Source: Desulfomicrobium sp.
Lineage (GTDB): Bacteria > Desulfobacterota > Desulfovibrionia > Desulfovibrionales > Desulfomicrobiaceae
Length of the DNA stretch: 64,000 bases
Assembly (NCBI GenBank): GCA_040768745.1
Contig: JAXGMI010000003.1
Location: 128,001-192,000, forward strand
Reading direction: 5' to 3'
Made by a program: the position numbers and the translations under genes. The stretch's first letter is position 1, and each line of letters opens with the position of its first letter. This document shows, piece after piece, positions 30,059 to 40,568 of the stretch. The notes below the pieces were generated by a model. That model worked only from the letters and a program-made list of their open reading frames with translations, ran no database searches and was not told the origin of the DNA.

Positions 30059-31089
30059 CAGGCCTTTCGTCCTTCAGCCCCGAACGCATCCTCGTCTGCC
30101 AGTTGCGCCAGATCGGCGACGTGCTGCTGACCACGCCGTCCATCCGTCTCCTGCACGAACGCTACCCGGCCGCGGCCATCGACGTCTTCACCGAAAAGAA
30201 ATGCGTCCCGGTCCTCGAAAACAACCCCCATGTGCGCCGGGTCTGGGCCCTGGACAAGAAAGCCCTGCCGAACTTCCTGGCGGAGCTGCGCTATTATGCC
30301 CGTATCGCCGCCGAAAACTATGACCTCGTCGTGGACTTCCAGCAGTTGCCCCGCTGCCGCTTCGTGACCCTGATGAGCCGCGCCCGGGTTCGCCTGTCCT
30401 ATCCCCCGCCGTGGTACAACCGCCTCCTCTACACCCATTGGGCCACGCCTGTGCATGGATATTCAGGCAGCTACCGGGCCAGCATCCTCGCTCCCCTGGG
30501 CATCGTCTGGAACGGTCAGGGACCTGAAATGTTCCTGACGGAAAAGGAAAAGGGTTGGGCCAGGGACTATCTTGCCGCTTGCGGCCTTGTTCCGGGCACG
30601 TATGTCACTCTGGACCCCACCCACCGCCGCTCCACCCGCCTGTGGCCGGCCCGGCACTACGGGGCCATGATCGACCAGGTCCATGCCGCGAGGCCAGCGC
30701 TCCGATTTTTCATCCTGTACGGTCCGGGCGAGGAGGCCATGGTCCGGGAGGTGCTGAACAGCTGCACCGCAACCCAAGCCTGCATCCTGCCGGACACGGT
30801 CATCGGCCTGCGGCAGATGGCGGCCGTGCAGTCCATGGCCCGTCTGCACGTGGGCAACTGTTCCGGACCGCGCCATTTTGCCGTGGCCGTGGGCTGTCCG
30901 ACCCTGACGGTCCTGGGCGCCACCAGCGGCGGCTGGAGGTTTCCTTCGGAAATCCACCAGGACATCTTTCTGGATCTCCCCTGCCGCCCGTGCAACCAGA
31001 ACAGGTGCGCCAGCAATGACCACGCCTGCCTTGAAAATCTCCCTCCGGAACGGGTCAGCCAACGTCTTTTGGCCATGCTGGGGCCATAA
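30055..31089 (+). CDS. Glycosyltransferase family 9 (LPS heptosyltransferase-like)
   Basis: ILVCQLRQIGDVLLTTP, GNCSGPRHFAVAVG, C-terminal CRPC..C..C. Confidence 0.9.
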   Translation: MTGLSSFSPERILVCQLRQIGDVLLTTPSIRLLHERYPAAAIDVFTEKKCVPVLENNPHVRRVWALDKKALPNFLAELRYYARIAAENYDLVVDFQQLPRCRFVTLMSRARVRLSYPPPWYNRLLYTHWATPVHGYSGSYRASILAPLGIVWNGQGPEMFLTEKEKGWARDYLAACGLVPGTYVTLDPTHRRSTRLWPARHYGAMIDQVHAARPALRFFILYGPGEEAMVREVLNSCTATQACILPDTVIGLRQMAAVQSMARLHVGNCSGPRHFAVAVGCPTLTVLGATSGGWRFPSEIHQDIFLDLPCRPCNQNRCASNDHACLENLPPERVSQRLLAMLGP

Positions 31090-31851
31090 CGCATGGAATC
31101 CTCGGCCATGGTGGGCGTTGCCTTGGCCCCTTATCTGCGGCTACGATCAAAACGCATGACTTTTTCTCGTCCCCCATGCGGGGCAAACCGACCAAGGAGC
31201 GCCACATGAAAAAAATGATTCTCAGTTTTTGCCTTTGCCTGCTCTGCACGATCCCGGCCCTGGCAGGGGGCCTGGACACGTTCCTGGACAACCTGAACGT
31301 GCAGGCCGCCGCGGATCGCAACGGATTCTTGTCCAGCGTCAGTTCCCACTTCGGCGTGCCATTCAGCGACGTGGAAATGATCATAGGCTCCACCGGAAGC
31401 CTGGCCGACGCCTTCATGGTCTTTCAGTTGGGACGCATGACAGGTTTCCCGACCGATCGGATCATGCGCACCTACCACACCAAGAAAGCCCATGGCTGGG
31501 GGGTCATGGCCCAGGACTTGGGTATCAAACCGGGTTCCGAACAATTCCACGCTCTCAAACGCGGGGACTTTGGGTTCACCATGCGCGGGGTCAACGGCAA
31601 AAAATCCGGGGGCCCTGACGGAAAGGGGCACAAAGGCGGCGGAAAGGACGATCGCAACGGAAGGGGCAAGGCTGGAAAAACGGACAAGCCCGGGGATATC
31701 TCTGAACACGACGGAGGGGGCAAAGGAAAAAAGAAGTAAGGGCCCTCGCCCCGCTTCAGCTGCCGGAAGGTCGATATTCCTGCCCCTGGCGGCGAGGACG
31801 GCGAGCTGCTTTCAACCCGGCGCATGGGTTGTCCCCATGCGCCATAACGCA
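31083..31851. repeat. 11-bp direct repeat GCCATAACGCA (31083-31093 and 31841-31851)
   Basis: Exact match read from the sequence; the two copies flank the 31206-31739 gene. Confidence 0.7.
31206..31739 (+). CDS. Secreted hypothetical protein with Gly/Lys-rich C-terminal tail
   Basis: AAGGAG RBS, signal peptide [31 protein letters not shown], tail ending GGGKGKKK. Confidence 0.8.
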   Translation: MKKMILSFCLCLLCTIPALAGGLDTFLDNLNVQAAADRNGFLSSVSSHFGVPFSDVEMIIGSTGSLADAFMVFQLGRMTGFPTDRIMRTYHTKKAHGWGVMAQDLGIKPGSEQFHALKRGDFGFTMRGVNGKKSGGPDGKGHKGGGKDDRNGRGKAGKTDKPGDISEHDGGGKGKKK

Positions 31852-31867
31852 GACAAGGAGTTTCATG

Positions 31868-32446
31868 ATGTCCAGAAAAATACTCATGCTGGTTGGGGAT
31901 TATGTTGAGGACTACGAGGTCATGGTCCCCTTTCAGACCCTCGCAACGCTCGGCTACACCGTGGAAGCGGTCTGCCCGGACAAGAAGGCCGGGCAGTTCG
32001 TGCGCACCTCCATTCACGACTTCGAGGGCGACCAGACATACAGCGAAAAACGCGGCCATAATTTCACGCTGAACAAGGACTTCGCCGCAGTGAACACGGC
32101 AGACTATGCCGGCCTTGTCGTGCCCGGGGGCCGGGCCCCGGAATACATCCGCCTCAACCAGCGGGTGCTGGAGATCGTGCGCGAATTCAACGCCGCAAAA
32201 AAACCCATCGCAGCCATCTGCCACGGCCCGCTTGTCCTGGTCACGGCAGGAGTGCTGCAGGGAAAGAGCTGTTCGGCCTACCCTGCCTGCGGGCCGGACG
32301 TAACCTGCGCCGGTGGCAAGTATGCCGACATACCCCTGGACAAGGCCCATGTGGACGGGAACCTGGTCACTGCCCCGGCCTGGCCAGCACACCCGGACTG
32401 GATCGCCAAGTTCGTTGGACTCCTCGGGGCCAGGATCACCATCTGA
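31868..32446 (+). CDS. DJ-1/PfpI family protein
   Basis: [17 protein letters not shown], catalytic AAICHG. Confidence 0.92.
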   Translation: MSRKILMLVGDYVEDYEVMVPFQTLATLGYTVEAVCPDKKAGQFVRTSIHDFEGDQTYSEKRGHNFTLNKDFAAVNTADYAGLVVPGGRAPEYIRLNQRVLEIVREFNAAKKPIAAICHGPLVLVTAGVLQGKSCSAYPACGPDVTCAGGKYADIPLDKAHVDGNLVTAPAWPAHPDWIAKFVGLLGARITI

Positions 32447-32452
32447 GATCAA

Positions 32453-34069
32453 TCATTCAGGACGGCTCGGGGTGACCTGAGCCGTCTCACTTCCAACGCA
32501 GCATATCCCGCACTCGTCGTGGTACTGCTCCCAGATGGCCATGAATTCTTCGCGGTTTTCCAGCAGGATATCGACCAGACACGGGTCGAAATGTCTGCCG
32601 CTCTCCTCCAGGAAATATCCAAACACCTGGTCCCAGTTCCATGCGTCGTGATAAACCCGCTTGTTGGATAGGGCATCAAACACGTCTGCCACGGCCACAA
32701 TGCGTCCGTAGACGTGGATCTCATCTTCCTTGAGTCCCTGGGGATAGCCCTGCCCGTCCCAGCGCTCATGATGGGCGAGAATGATGCGGGCAGCAGCCTG
32801 GATGATGGGACTCGTGGAGCGGCTGAGCAGGTCATACCCGCGCTGGACATGGCTCTTTATGATTTCGAACTCCTCAGGCAAGAGGGGGCCAGGCTTATTC
32901 AGGATGGAATCAGGGATGCCTACCTTGCCCAGGTCATGGGCCGTGGAGGCGATCTTGAGCATCTCCGCCTCCTCCTCGGGCAGTCCGTACTTCAGGGCCA
33001 TGAGACGCACGTATTCGGAAACGCGGCGGACATGGCTGCCTGTTTCGGCGGACCTGCACTCCATTGTCTCTGCAATGTGAAAAATGACCTCTTTTTGGGT
33101 GTCCTCAATTCCCTTGTTCAGGAACAGGTTGTCAAAAGCCAGGGACACATTGGTGAAGAACAGTTCGAGCAGGTCCTGGTCGTTTTCATCCAGTTCCCTG
33201 GCCACTTCGAAATACAGAAAATTTTCGGAACCGGTCTTGCTCTGGAAGTACCATGCGCATTTGCCTCCCTCGCAGTAAAATCCATGGGGCTGACTCTTGG
33301 CCTGGCCCAGGGCCTTGTGCATTACCTCCCCTGGAATTTGCTCCATGGGCTGCTCCACGAACTCGCAGAAATCCCCCGTGGCGGCCAATACCACTGATTT
33401 GCCTTTGATCCCGGAAGCTGTCAGCCCCGATGCCTGGGTGTACACGGCATCCTTCTTGAGCTGCAGAATGGCCGTCAGCTGGCTCAATACCCCGCATCCA
33501 AGCTTCTGCAGGGACTGGCGCTCGAAGATGTCCGACGAGGCCTCGATGATGCGCTTGAGGCCCTGCCGGTTGTCCTCAATAGTTGTGATGAAGCTGTAAC
33601 TGCGCAGGGCCGACACGATGGTGACCAGCATCTTTTCCAGGGTCAGTTCGGTCTTTTCCTTGTAATCGTCGATATCGTAATCCAGAATGACTTCGGATGC
33701 CGGAGCCTTGCCGGGCTGTCCCGTGCGCAGAATGATGCGTACGCTCCGGTTCTGCATCTCCTCTCGGATGAATTTGGCCAACCTGAGGCCACTGTCGTCC
33801 GTCTCCATGACAACGTCCAACAAAATGACGGCCACGTCCGGGTTGGCAGCCAGTACTGCCTTGGCTTCCTCGCCACTGTACGCATGCAGAAAGGTGAATT
33901 CCCGGCCCTGATACTTCTGCCCGGCGAGCATGAACGTGGTCACGCTGTGCACGTCGGCTTCATCGTCTACCACCAGGATTTTCCAGGGTTCCTCCTTTGC
34001 CTGATCCCGGGTTGTAGTTGTAGCGGTCGAAGCCTCGTCCTTGAAGATGATTTCGTCATTTTCAGTCAT
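32453..34069 (-). CDS. Response regulator: REC + DUF3369-like + HD-GYP phosphodiesterase domain
   Basis: ILVVDD, LLDVVME, LRTGQPG; AHDLGK, HHERWDGQGYPQG. Confidence 0.9.
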   Translation of the reverse strand: MTENDEIIFKDEASTATTTTRDQAKEEPWKILVVDDEADVHSVTTFMLAGQKYQGREFTFLHAYSGEEAKAVLAANPDVAVILLDVVMETDDSGLRLAKFIREEMQNRSVRIILRTGQPGKAPASEVILDYDIDDYKEKTELTLEKMLVTIVSALRSYSFITTIEDNRQGLKRIIEASSDIFERQSLQKLGCGVLSQLTAILQLKKDAVYTQASGLTASGIKGKSVVLAATGDFCEFVEQPMEQIPGEVMHKALGQAKSQPHGFYCEGGKCAWYFQSKTGSENFLYFEVARELDENDQDLLELFFTNVSLAFDNLFLNKGIEDTQKEVIFHIAETMECRSAETGSHVRRVSEYVRLMALKYGLPEEEAEMLKIASTAHDLGKVGIPDSILNKPGPLLPEEFEIIKSHVQRGYDLLSRSTSPIIQAAARIILAHHERWDGQGYPQGLKEDEIHVYGRIVAVADVFDALSNKRVYHDAWNWDQVFGYFLEESGRHFDPCLVDILLENREEFMAIWEQYHDECGICCVGSETAQVTPSRPE

Positions 34070-36039
34070 GAATCCTCTCGTGAGATGGGCATATACATTT
34101 CAAATGTTGTGCCTTGGCCAGGAACGCTGCTGCAGGTGATGGTCCCGCCCAAAGTGCGGGTGACGATGTTGAAGACGATGTGCAGACCGAGGCCCGTGGA
34201 GCCCTTGGACCGGGCCGTGGTGTAAAAGGGTTCGAAGATCCTGTTCTGTAACTCCGGGGCGATACCCTTGCCGTTGTCCGAATAAAGTAAATGCAGTGTG
34301 TCCCCCTCCCTGGCAATCCGGATCCGGATCAATCCGGCCTGACCTTCCTCAAATGCATGCACAAGAGAATTGACAATGAAATTGGTCAAAATCTGGGAGA
34401 ATGCACCTGGATAGCTTTCAACAACCAGATTCTCGTCGCAGTCCACTTCCACCTTATGGCTGGTTTTCTTCAGCTTGGGCCGCAAACTGAGGAGAATCTC
34501 GCCCACGTAATCCCGGATGTTGAAGGCCCGACGGTTTTCGGAGACCTGATCCGCAGCCACCATTTTGAAACTGCGGATCAGATCCGATGCCCGGTTCAGA
34601 TTGAGCATTGTCATCTCAGCGCCCTCCCGGGAGGATTCGAGATATTCGGTCAGATCCGAACGTTTCATTTCCCCTTTTTCAAAGAGATCGCGGATGGTCC
34701 TGTTCCTGTCCGCCATGGCGGAGGTGGCGGACAAGGCCACCCCCACCGGGGTATTGATCTCATGCGCCACCCCCGCCACCAGTTCGCCCAGGGCAGCGAG
34801 TTTTTCAGACATGACCAGCTGTGCCTGTGCCTTTTTCAGATCCGTCAAGGCCGTGTGCAGATCCGCGTTGGCCTCTGCCAGTTCCTGGGTACGCTGTACA
34901 ACACGCTCCTCCAATTCCTCGTTCAAGCGGCGCACCTCGTCCTCGGCCTGCCGCCGTTCTCGGTCCTGGCGCTGCAGGCCCTCAGCCATTCGATCAAAAG
35001 CCGCCGCAAGACGGCCCAGCTCTCCCTCGTCATAGGTCAGGCCAGTGCGGGAGGCCAAGTCGCCAGACCCCAGCCGATCCGTGGCCTGCATGAGCAGATT
35101 AAGCCGGCGCATGATGGTGAATTCACCAACCAGCCATGCAGTTCCCACTGCCAGGACTGCCGCCAGAAAAAGCAGGAACATGTTGCGGAGTACCACCCCG
35201 CGGGCCTCAGCCAAGGCCAGATCCACGGGCTGTCCCAGCCGGATCATAAGGTAAGGAAACGGCGCGTCGGCAAAATGAACCCGCTTGAAACTGTACAACC
35301 GGTGCACGCCGTCCACGCCTTTTTCCAGAAAAGTGCCTTCCTCCTCGGGCACGGACATGCGCGCGATCATCTGCGGCAGATCGGGAACCCAGGTGTATTT
35401 TTGTGTTTCCGGGAAACGGGTCAGGCGAATGCCTACACAATCGGTCAGGGTAAAGACCGAGCCCTCCGGCAAACGTGCGTCGTCAAATATGCGCCCAAAA
35501 TAATTGAGGTCGAAGGATGCCACAAGCACGCCGCGAGGCCTGCCGTCCTGTCCCTCCACGGGTTGTGCGAACTCGATCACCACACGGTGTGTTTCGGACT
35601 GCAGATGATAGTCTCCCATGGTGAAATGCATGTCCTGCATGGCGTCCTGAAAGTACTTTTCATGCTCGATAGATGTAAAGGCATTGGAGGGGGAGGTGGC
35701 CACGATCCGGCCGTGCTCGTCGGCCAAGGCCAGGGCGACGTAGGCTGCTTCGCGGGAACGCATGTCTTCAAGCAGGACCTGGCAGGCCAGGGCATCAAGG
35801 CGTTGCACCTCGCCCGCCTTGGCCATGGTCGCCAGAAGCAGTCGGGCGTTGTCCACCACCCGCTCATGGTGCGCGGCCATGGCCTGCACCTGCCGCAAAG
35901 CCGCATTTTCCGTGTTGCGGATCACGCTCTGGCGCAGAGTGTAGCCAGTGAAGAGCATGATGCCCAGGGCCGGCAGAAGGGCCAGAAGAACAAGAAAGAC
36001 AAGACTGGCGCGGATGGAGGCAAAAACGGGAAATCGCAT
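34066..36039 (-). CDS. Sensor histidine kinase (periplasmic dCache-like, HAMP)
   Basis: Two TMs, HAMP (GELGRLAAAFDRMA), H-box AHEINTP, N-box, DNGKGI, GLGL. Start MRFPV after a G-rich RBS. Confidence 0.92.
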   Translation of the reverse strand: MRFPVFASIRASLVFLVLLALLPALGIMLFTGYTLRQSVIRNTENAALRQVQAMAAHHERVVDNARLLLATMAKAGEVQRLDALACQVLLEDMRSREAAYVALALADEHGRIVATSPSNAFTSIEHEKYFQDAMQDMHFTMGDYHLQSETHRVVIEFAQPVEGQDGRPRGVLVASFDLNYFGRIFDDARLPEGSVFTLTDCVGIRLTRFPETQKYTWVPDLPQMIARMSVPEEEGTFLEKGVDGVHRLYSFKRVHFADAPFPYLMIRLGQPVDLALAEARGVVLRNMFLLFLAAVLAVGTAWLVGEFTIMRRLNLLMQATDRLGSGDLASRTGLTYDEGELGRLAAAFDRMAEGLQRQDRERRQAEDEVRRLNEELEERVVQRTQELAEANADLHTALTDLKKAQAQLVMSEKLAALGELVAGVAHEINTPVGVALSATSAMADRNRTIRDLFEKGEMKRSDLTEYLESSREGAEMTMLNLNRASDLIRSFKMVAADQVSENRRAFNIRDYVGEILLSLRPKLKKTSHKVEVDCDENLVVESYPGAFSQILTNFIVNSLVHAFEEGQAGLIRIRIAREGDTLHLLYSDNGKGIAPELQNRIFEPFYTTARSKGSTGLGLHIVFNIVTRTLGGTITCSSVPGQGTTFEMYMPISREDS

Positions 36040-36176
36040 GTATCCCCCCCAACGGACCACACAAGGGCCCGCCTGACCTGGAGCGTTTTCAAAGGAAATA
36101 CCGGTGCCAGGCTGGAGGCGCAAGCAATTCCCTCAAGGCTATTCCCCTCGCGGGAATTTGGGGCAGAAGGCGTTTG

Positions 36177-37850
36177 TCACTGCTGGGAAGTCTCGGACCG
36201 TGCGATGGAGTAGCAGTAATCCCCTATTTTTTCTAACCTGGCTAGCAGATTGATAAAAGCGAGGCCGCCCTCGATCCCGCACTTGCCTACCTTGAGCCGT
36301 TCGATGTGCGCATCACGCATGGTCGCACGCATGGAGTCAATGGTCCGTTCGGCCTCTTCGGCCTTTTCCATGAGATCTTCCTGCTCCTTGATCAGCGCGT
36401 CACTGATCAATTTCAGAAACTCATCAACCTTTGCGGAAAGAACAAAAAAGTCGCCCATGGCGCTTTCGCTGAACCTCAATTCCTTGTCGACGATATCCTC
36501 GCACAAAAGCCCGAGCGCCTCCACCGCGTCACCAATGCGCTCGAGGTTGTTCACGACGCGCATCTGCTCCGAAATATCGTTGGAGATTTCCTCATTGATC
36601 TCGCTTTGCATTGTCCTGGCCAGGAAGGTGGCGATGGCCTTATGCATCTCGTTCACCTGATCCTCGAAACGTTGCCGTTGCCGGATGGTGCGGTGATCCC
36701 TCTTCTCCAGACATTCCAAGGCGTTGGTATATGCCGCCTGGACGATCTGGGACATGCGGTGGATCTCTCCGCGCACTTGGGCCAGGGCCGCAACGGGGTT
36801 GCCTTCCACATGCTGGTCAAAGACAGGCTGACGGAACAGGACATCGCCCGTGGTCTTGTCCTTGGGGGAAAGCCAAACGGCCACCTGAATCAGAACAGGC
36901 AGAAAGAAAAGAAATAAAATAGCATTGATGAGATTGAAAAGGGTGTGCCCGTTGGCCAGAAAACGGCCTACATAGGGGTATTCGCCGCCCACGTTCAGAT
37001 CCCAGGACTTGGTTCCCATGAAATATTGGGTCATCCATTCGACTCCATCCAAAAACCAGGGGAAGATGAGCAGCATTATGCACACGCCCAGCACGTTGAA
37101 CATGGTGTTGGCCCTGGCGGCACGGTGGGCATCGATGCTGGTGGACCCGATGGTGGCCAGCTCGGCAGTGATGGTGGTTCCGATATTTTCGCCCAGGACC
37201 AAGGCCATGGCCGACGGAAAGTCGAGCAGCCCCTGGGTGGCCAGCGCCATGGTCAGACCCACAGTGGCCGAGGAGGACTGCAGGATCATGGTCACGACGC
37301 AGCCAGTGGCCACGCAGAACAGTATCCCACCGATGCTTGCGGCATTGAATTTTGTAAAAAATGAAATGAATTCAGGGTTTTCTCGCAGAGGCTTCAACCC
37401 GTCCCCCATTACTGTCATCCCGAAAAAGAGCAGTCCAAAGCCAAGGATAACCTCGCCAAGGTAGCGGTACTTCTTGCGCAAGGAAAAATACTTCAGGGGA
37501 ACTCCGATGGCGATGGCCGGTAGAGCGAGGTTGGAGAGCTTGAAGGCAATGAGTTGAGCGGTCATGGTCGTTCCCACGTTGCAGCCCAGCATCACCCCCA
37601 CGGCCTGGGTCAACGACATGAGTCCTGCTGACACGAAACTGATCAGCATGACCGTGGTGGCCGAGGAGGATTGGACCACGGCGGTCACAGCCGCGCCCGA
37701 TGCAAATCCGACTACCCGGTTGTCGGACACCGCCTTGAGGATGTTGCGGATCCTGTTGCCTGCAGCCATCTGCAGACCCTCGGTCATGAGCTTCATGCCG
37801 AGGATGAACACACCCAGGCCTCCGAGGGTTTGTATCAAAATAGTGTACAT
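36177..37850 (-). CDS. Na+/phosphate cotransporter family protein with PhoU-like C-terminus
   Basis: Two QSSSAT repeats, GCNVGTT/GENIGTT, LERIGD and LEKIGD. Confidence 0.93.
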   Translation of the reverse strand: MYTILIQTLGGLGVFILGMKLMTEGLQMAAGNRIRNILKAVSDNRVVGFASGAAVTAVVQSSSATTVMLISFVSAGLMSLTQAVGVMLGCNVGTTMTAQLIAFKLSNLALPAIAIGVPLKYFSLRKKYRYLGEVILGFGLLFFGMTVMGDGLKPLRENPEFISFFTKFNAASIGGILFCVATGCVVTMILQSSSATVGLTMALATQGLLDFPSAMALVLGENIGTTITAELATIGSTSIDAHRAARANTMFNVLGVCIMLLIFPWFLDGVEWMTQYFMGTKSWDLNVGGEYPYVGRFLANGHTLFNLINAILFLFFLPVLIQVAVWLSPKDKTTGDVLFRQPVFDQHVEGNPVAALAQVRGEIHRMSQIVQAAYTNALECLEKRDHRTIRQRQRFEDQVNEMHKAIATFLARTMQSEINEEISNDISEQMRVVNNLERIGDAVEALGLLCEDIVDKELRFSESAMGDFFVLSAKVDEFLKLISDALIKEQEDLMEKAEEAERTIDSMRATMRDAHIERLKVGKCGIEGGLAFINLLARLEKIGDYCYSIARSETSQQ

Positions 37851-37865
37851 CGATGATCCTTAATT

Positions 37866-37883
37866 GTGACAAAGTGGTGACAA
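37866..37883 (-). promoter_or_regulatory. Putative Pho box (PhoB-type 11-bp direct repeat)
   Basis: Minus strand TTGTCAC-CACT-TTGTCAC immediately upstream of the Na/Pi transporter RBS. Confidence 0.6.
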
Positions 37884-38156
37884 TTGCTCCAACTCCGGCC
37901 ACCTCTAGAAAATCTTCTTCTTCAGGAAAAGATTTTTTGTGGGGCAGGATCGATATTGTGGCGATGCCGCAAGGTAAGCAAAACATGACCAATACCGCTG
38001 GATCGGATCAGATCCCACGCGATTCGGCTTCGTTTGTATCTTGCCCCCCCAATCCTGTTTGTTCCCTTGATTTCGCCCTCCCAGGTTGCAGAAATCCCCT
38101 GTCCCTGGCATGGAATGAGTGGATTCAGAACACACTGACTGCCAAAGGAGGTCCGC

Positions 38157-40568
38157 GTGAACAAAAACGACGCTTTTGTCCTCTGGTTTGACGAACTCGC
38201 CATCGAGGATGTGCCGCTGGTCGGCGGCAAAAACGCAAGCCTGGGCGAGATGTACCGCAACCTGACCCCCAAGGGCGTACAGATTCCCAATGGCTTCGCC
38301 ATCACGGCCAAGGCCTACCGACATCTTCTGGCAGCCTCCGGGGCCATGGACAAGATCCGTTCCATCCTGCAGGGCCTCGACACCCACGACATGGACAACC
38401 TGATGGAGCGCGGCAGCCGCATCCGCGCCCTGATCCGCAATCTGGAAATCCCGGCCGACCTGCAAAGCGCCATCGTCCAGGCCTACCGCAGGCTTGAGGA
38501 GCAGTACGGCCCAAACGTGGACGTAGCCGTACGCTCCTCGGCCACGGCCGAGGATCTTCCTGACGCCAGTTTCGCCGGCCAGCAGGAAACCTACCTGAAC
38601 ATCCGGGGTGTGGAGGATTTGCTGGATTCCTGCCAGCGCTGCTTCGCCTCGCTCTTCACCAACAGGGCCATCTCCTACCGCCAGGACAAGGGTTTCGACC
38701 ACTTCTCCATCGCCCTGTCCATCGGGGTGCAGAAGATGGTCCGCTCGGACCTCTCTGCCAGCGGGGTCATGTTCTCCATCGACACGGAAACCGGATTCCA
38801 GGATGCCGTCTTCCTGACCGGGGCGTGGGGCTTGGGGGAAAACGTGGTCCAGGGCGCCGTCAACCCCGATGAGTGGTACATCTTCAAGACCACCCTCAAA
38901 CAAGGATTCAAACCCATCATCATGAAGCGGACCGGTGGCAAGGCCATCAAGATGATCTATACCACGGACGCCAAGGCGCCGACCAAGAACGTGGCTGTGC
39001 CCGAGGAGGACCGCCGCCGCCTGGTCCTGAACGACGACGAAGTGGTGGCCCTGGCCCGCATGGCCTGCACCATCGAGGAGCATTACAGCGGACATCGCGG
39101 CCAGTTCACACCCATGGACATAGAGTGGGCCAAGGATGGTCAGACCGGAGAACTCTTCATCGTCCAGGCCCGGCCGGAAACCGTCCACTCCCTGAAGGAC
39201 AGGGCCAAACTCAGGAAATATGTGCTGCAGGGAAAGGGGGAAGTTTTGGTCCAGGGCCAGTCCGTGGGCGAACTCATCGGCCAGGGCTCGGTGCAGGTCA
39301 TCAAATCCGCACAGATGATCCAGTCCTTCCGCAAGGGCCAGGTCCTGGTCACGGACATGACCGACCCGGATTGGGAGCCCATCATGAAAATAGCTGCAGC
39401 CATTGTCACCAACCGGGGTGGGCGCACCTGCCACACGGCCATTGTCAGCCGGGAGCTGGGCATCCCCTGCATCGTCGGCACCGGAAACGCCACCACCAGG
39501 CTTGTGCAGGACGAAAGCGTGACCGTGGACTGCTCCGAGGGCTCCATCGGCAGCGTGTACCGGGGCCTTTTGCCCTTCGAGATCCAGGAGACGGACCTCG
39601 GCACCCTGCCCAAGCCGAAAACCAAGATCATGATGAACCTGGCCAGTCCCGAACAGGCCTTCGAAAAAAGCTTCATCCCCAATGACGGCGTGGGGCTGGC
39701 CCGTGAGGAGTTCATCATCAACTCCTATATCAAGATCCATCCATTGGCCCTTCTGCACTACGAGACCCTGCCGGACGAGATCCTCAAGCGCGCCATCGCG
39801 GACATGACCTCGGGCTACGCTGACAAGGCCGAATACTTCGTGGACAAGCTGGCTGAAGGGGTGGGCATGATTGCGGCTGCCTTCTACCCCAAGCAGGTCA
39901 TCGTGCGTCTGTCGGACTTCAAGTCCAACGAGTATGCCAACCTCATCGGCGGCAAGCTCTTCGAGCCTGGGGAGGAGAACCCCATGATCGGCTGGCGCGG
40001 GGCCTCGCGCTATTATTCCGGAGTGTACAGGGAGGCCTTCGGCCTGGAATGCCGGGCCATGAAGAAGATCCGCGAGGACATGGGCCTGACCAACGTGGAC
40101 ATCATGATCCCCTTCCCGCGCACCGTGGAGGAGGCCAAAAAGGTCGTCGAGACCATGGCCGAGTTCGGCCTCAAACAGGGTGAGAACGGGCTCAGGGTCA
40201 TCGGCATGTGCGAGATCCCGTCCAACGTGATCATGGCGGAGGAGTTCCTGGAGGTCTTCGACGGGTTCTCCATCGGCACCAACGACCTGACCCAGCTCAT
40301 CCTCGGCGTGGACCGCGACTCGTCCCTGGTGGCCCACGTCTACGACGAGCGCAACCCGGCCGTGAAGAGGTTCGTCAGGCAGGTCATCGAGGTGTCGGTG
40401 AAAAAGGGCAAGTACATCGGCATCTGCGGCCAGGCCCCCAGTGACTACCCTGAATTCGCCGAGTTCGTGGTGGAGTGCGGGATCCAATCCATGTCGCTCA
40501 ATCCCGACACGGTCATCAAGACCACCCTCCTCGTGGCCGAGGCGGAAAAGCGGCTGGGTATTGTCTAG
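38157..40568 (+). CDS. ppsA: Phosphoenolpyruvate synthase
   Basis: VGGKNASLGEM, RSSATAEDL..ASFAGQQET, GGRTCHTAI, MCEIPSN, GICGQAPSD; GTG start with AAGGAGG RBS. Confidence 0.97.
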   Translation: MNKNDAFVLWFDELAIEDVPLVGGKNASLGEMYRNLTPKGVQIPNGFAITAKAYRHLLAASGAMDKIRSILQGLDTHDMDNLMERGSRIRALIRNLEIPADLQSAIVQAYRRLEEQYGPNVDVAVRSSATAEDLPDASFAGQQETYLNIRGVEDLLDSCQRCFASLFTNRAISYRQDKGFDHFSIALSIGVQKMVRSDLSASGVMFSIDTETGFQDAVFLTGAWGLGENVVQGAVNPDEWYIFKTTLKQGFKPIIMKRTGGKAIKMIYTTDAKAPTKNVAVPEEDRRRLVLNDDEVVALARMACTIEEHYSGHRGQFTPMDIEWAKDGQTGELFIVQARPETVHSLKDRAKLRKYVLQGKGEVLVQGQSVGELIGQGSVQVIKSAQMIQSFRKGQVLVTDMTDPDWEPIMKIAAAIVTNRGGRTCHTAIVSRELGIPCIVGTGNATTRLVQDESVTVDCSEGSIGSVYRGLLPFEIQETDLGTLPKPKTKIMMNLASPEQAFEKSFIPNDGVGLAREEFIINSYIKIHPLALLHYETLPDEILKRAIADMTSGYADKAEYFVDKLAEGVGMIAAAFYPKQVIVRLSDFKSNEYANLIGGKLFEPGEENPMIGWRGASRYYSGVYREAFGLECRAMKKIREDMGLTNVDIMIPFPRTVEEAKKVVETMAEFGLKQGENGLRVIGMCEIPSNVIMAEEFLEVFDGFSIGTNDLTQLILGVDRDSSLVAHVYDERNPAVKRFVRQVIEVSVKKGKYIGICGQAPSDYPEFAEFVVECGIQSMSLNPDTVIKTTLLVAEAEKRLGIV

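Noticed and set aside
31178..31200. GGGCAAACC as a c-di-GMP-I riboswitch
   Set aside because: It lacks the GAAA-tetraloop stem and downstream conserved elements and runs directly into an RBS.
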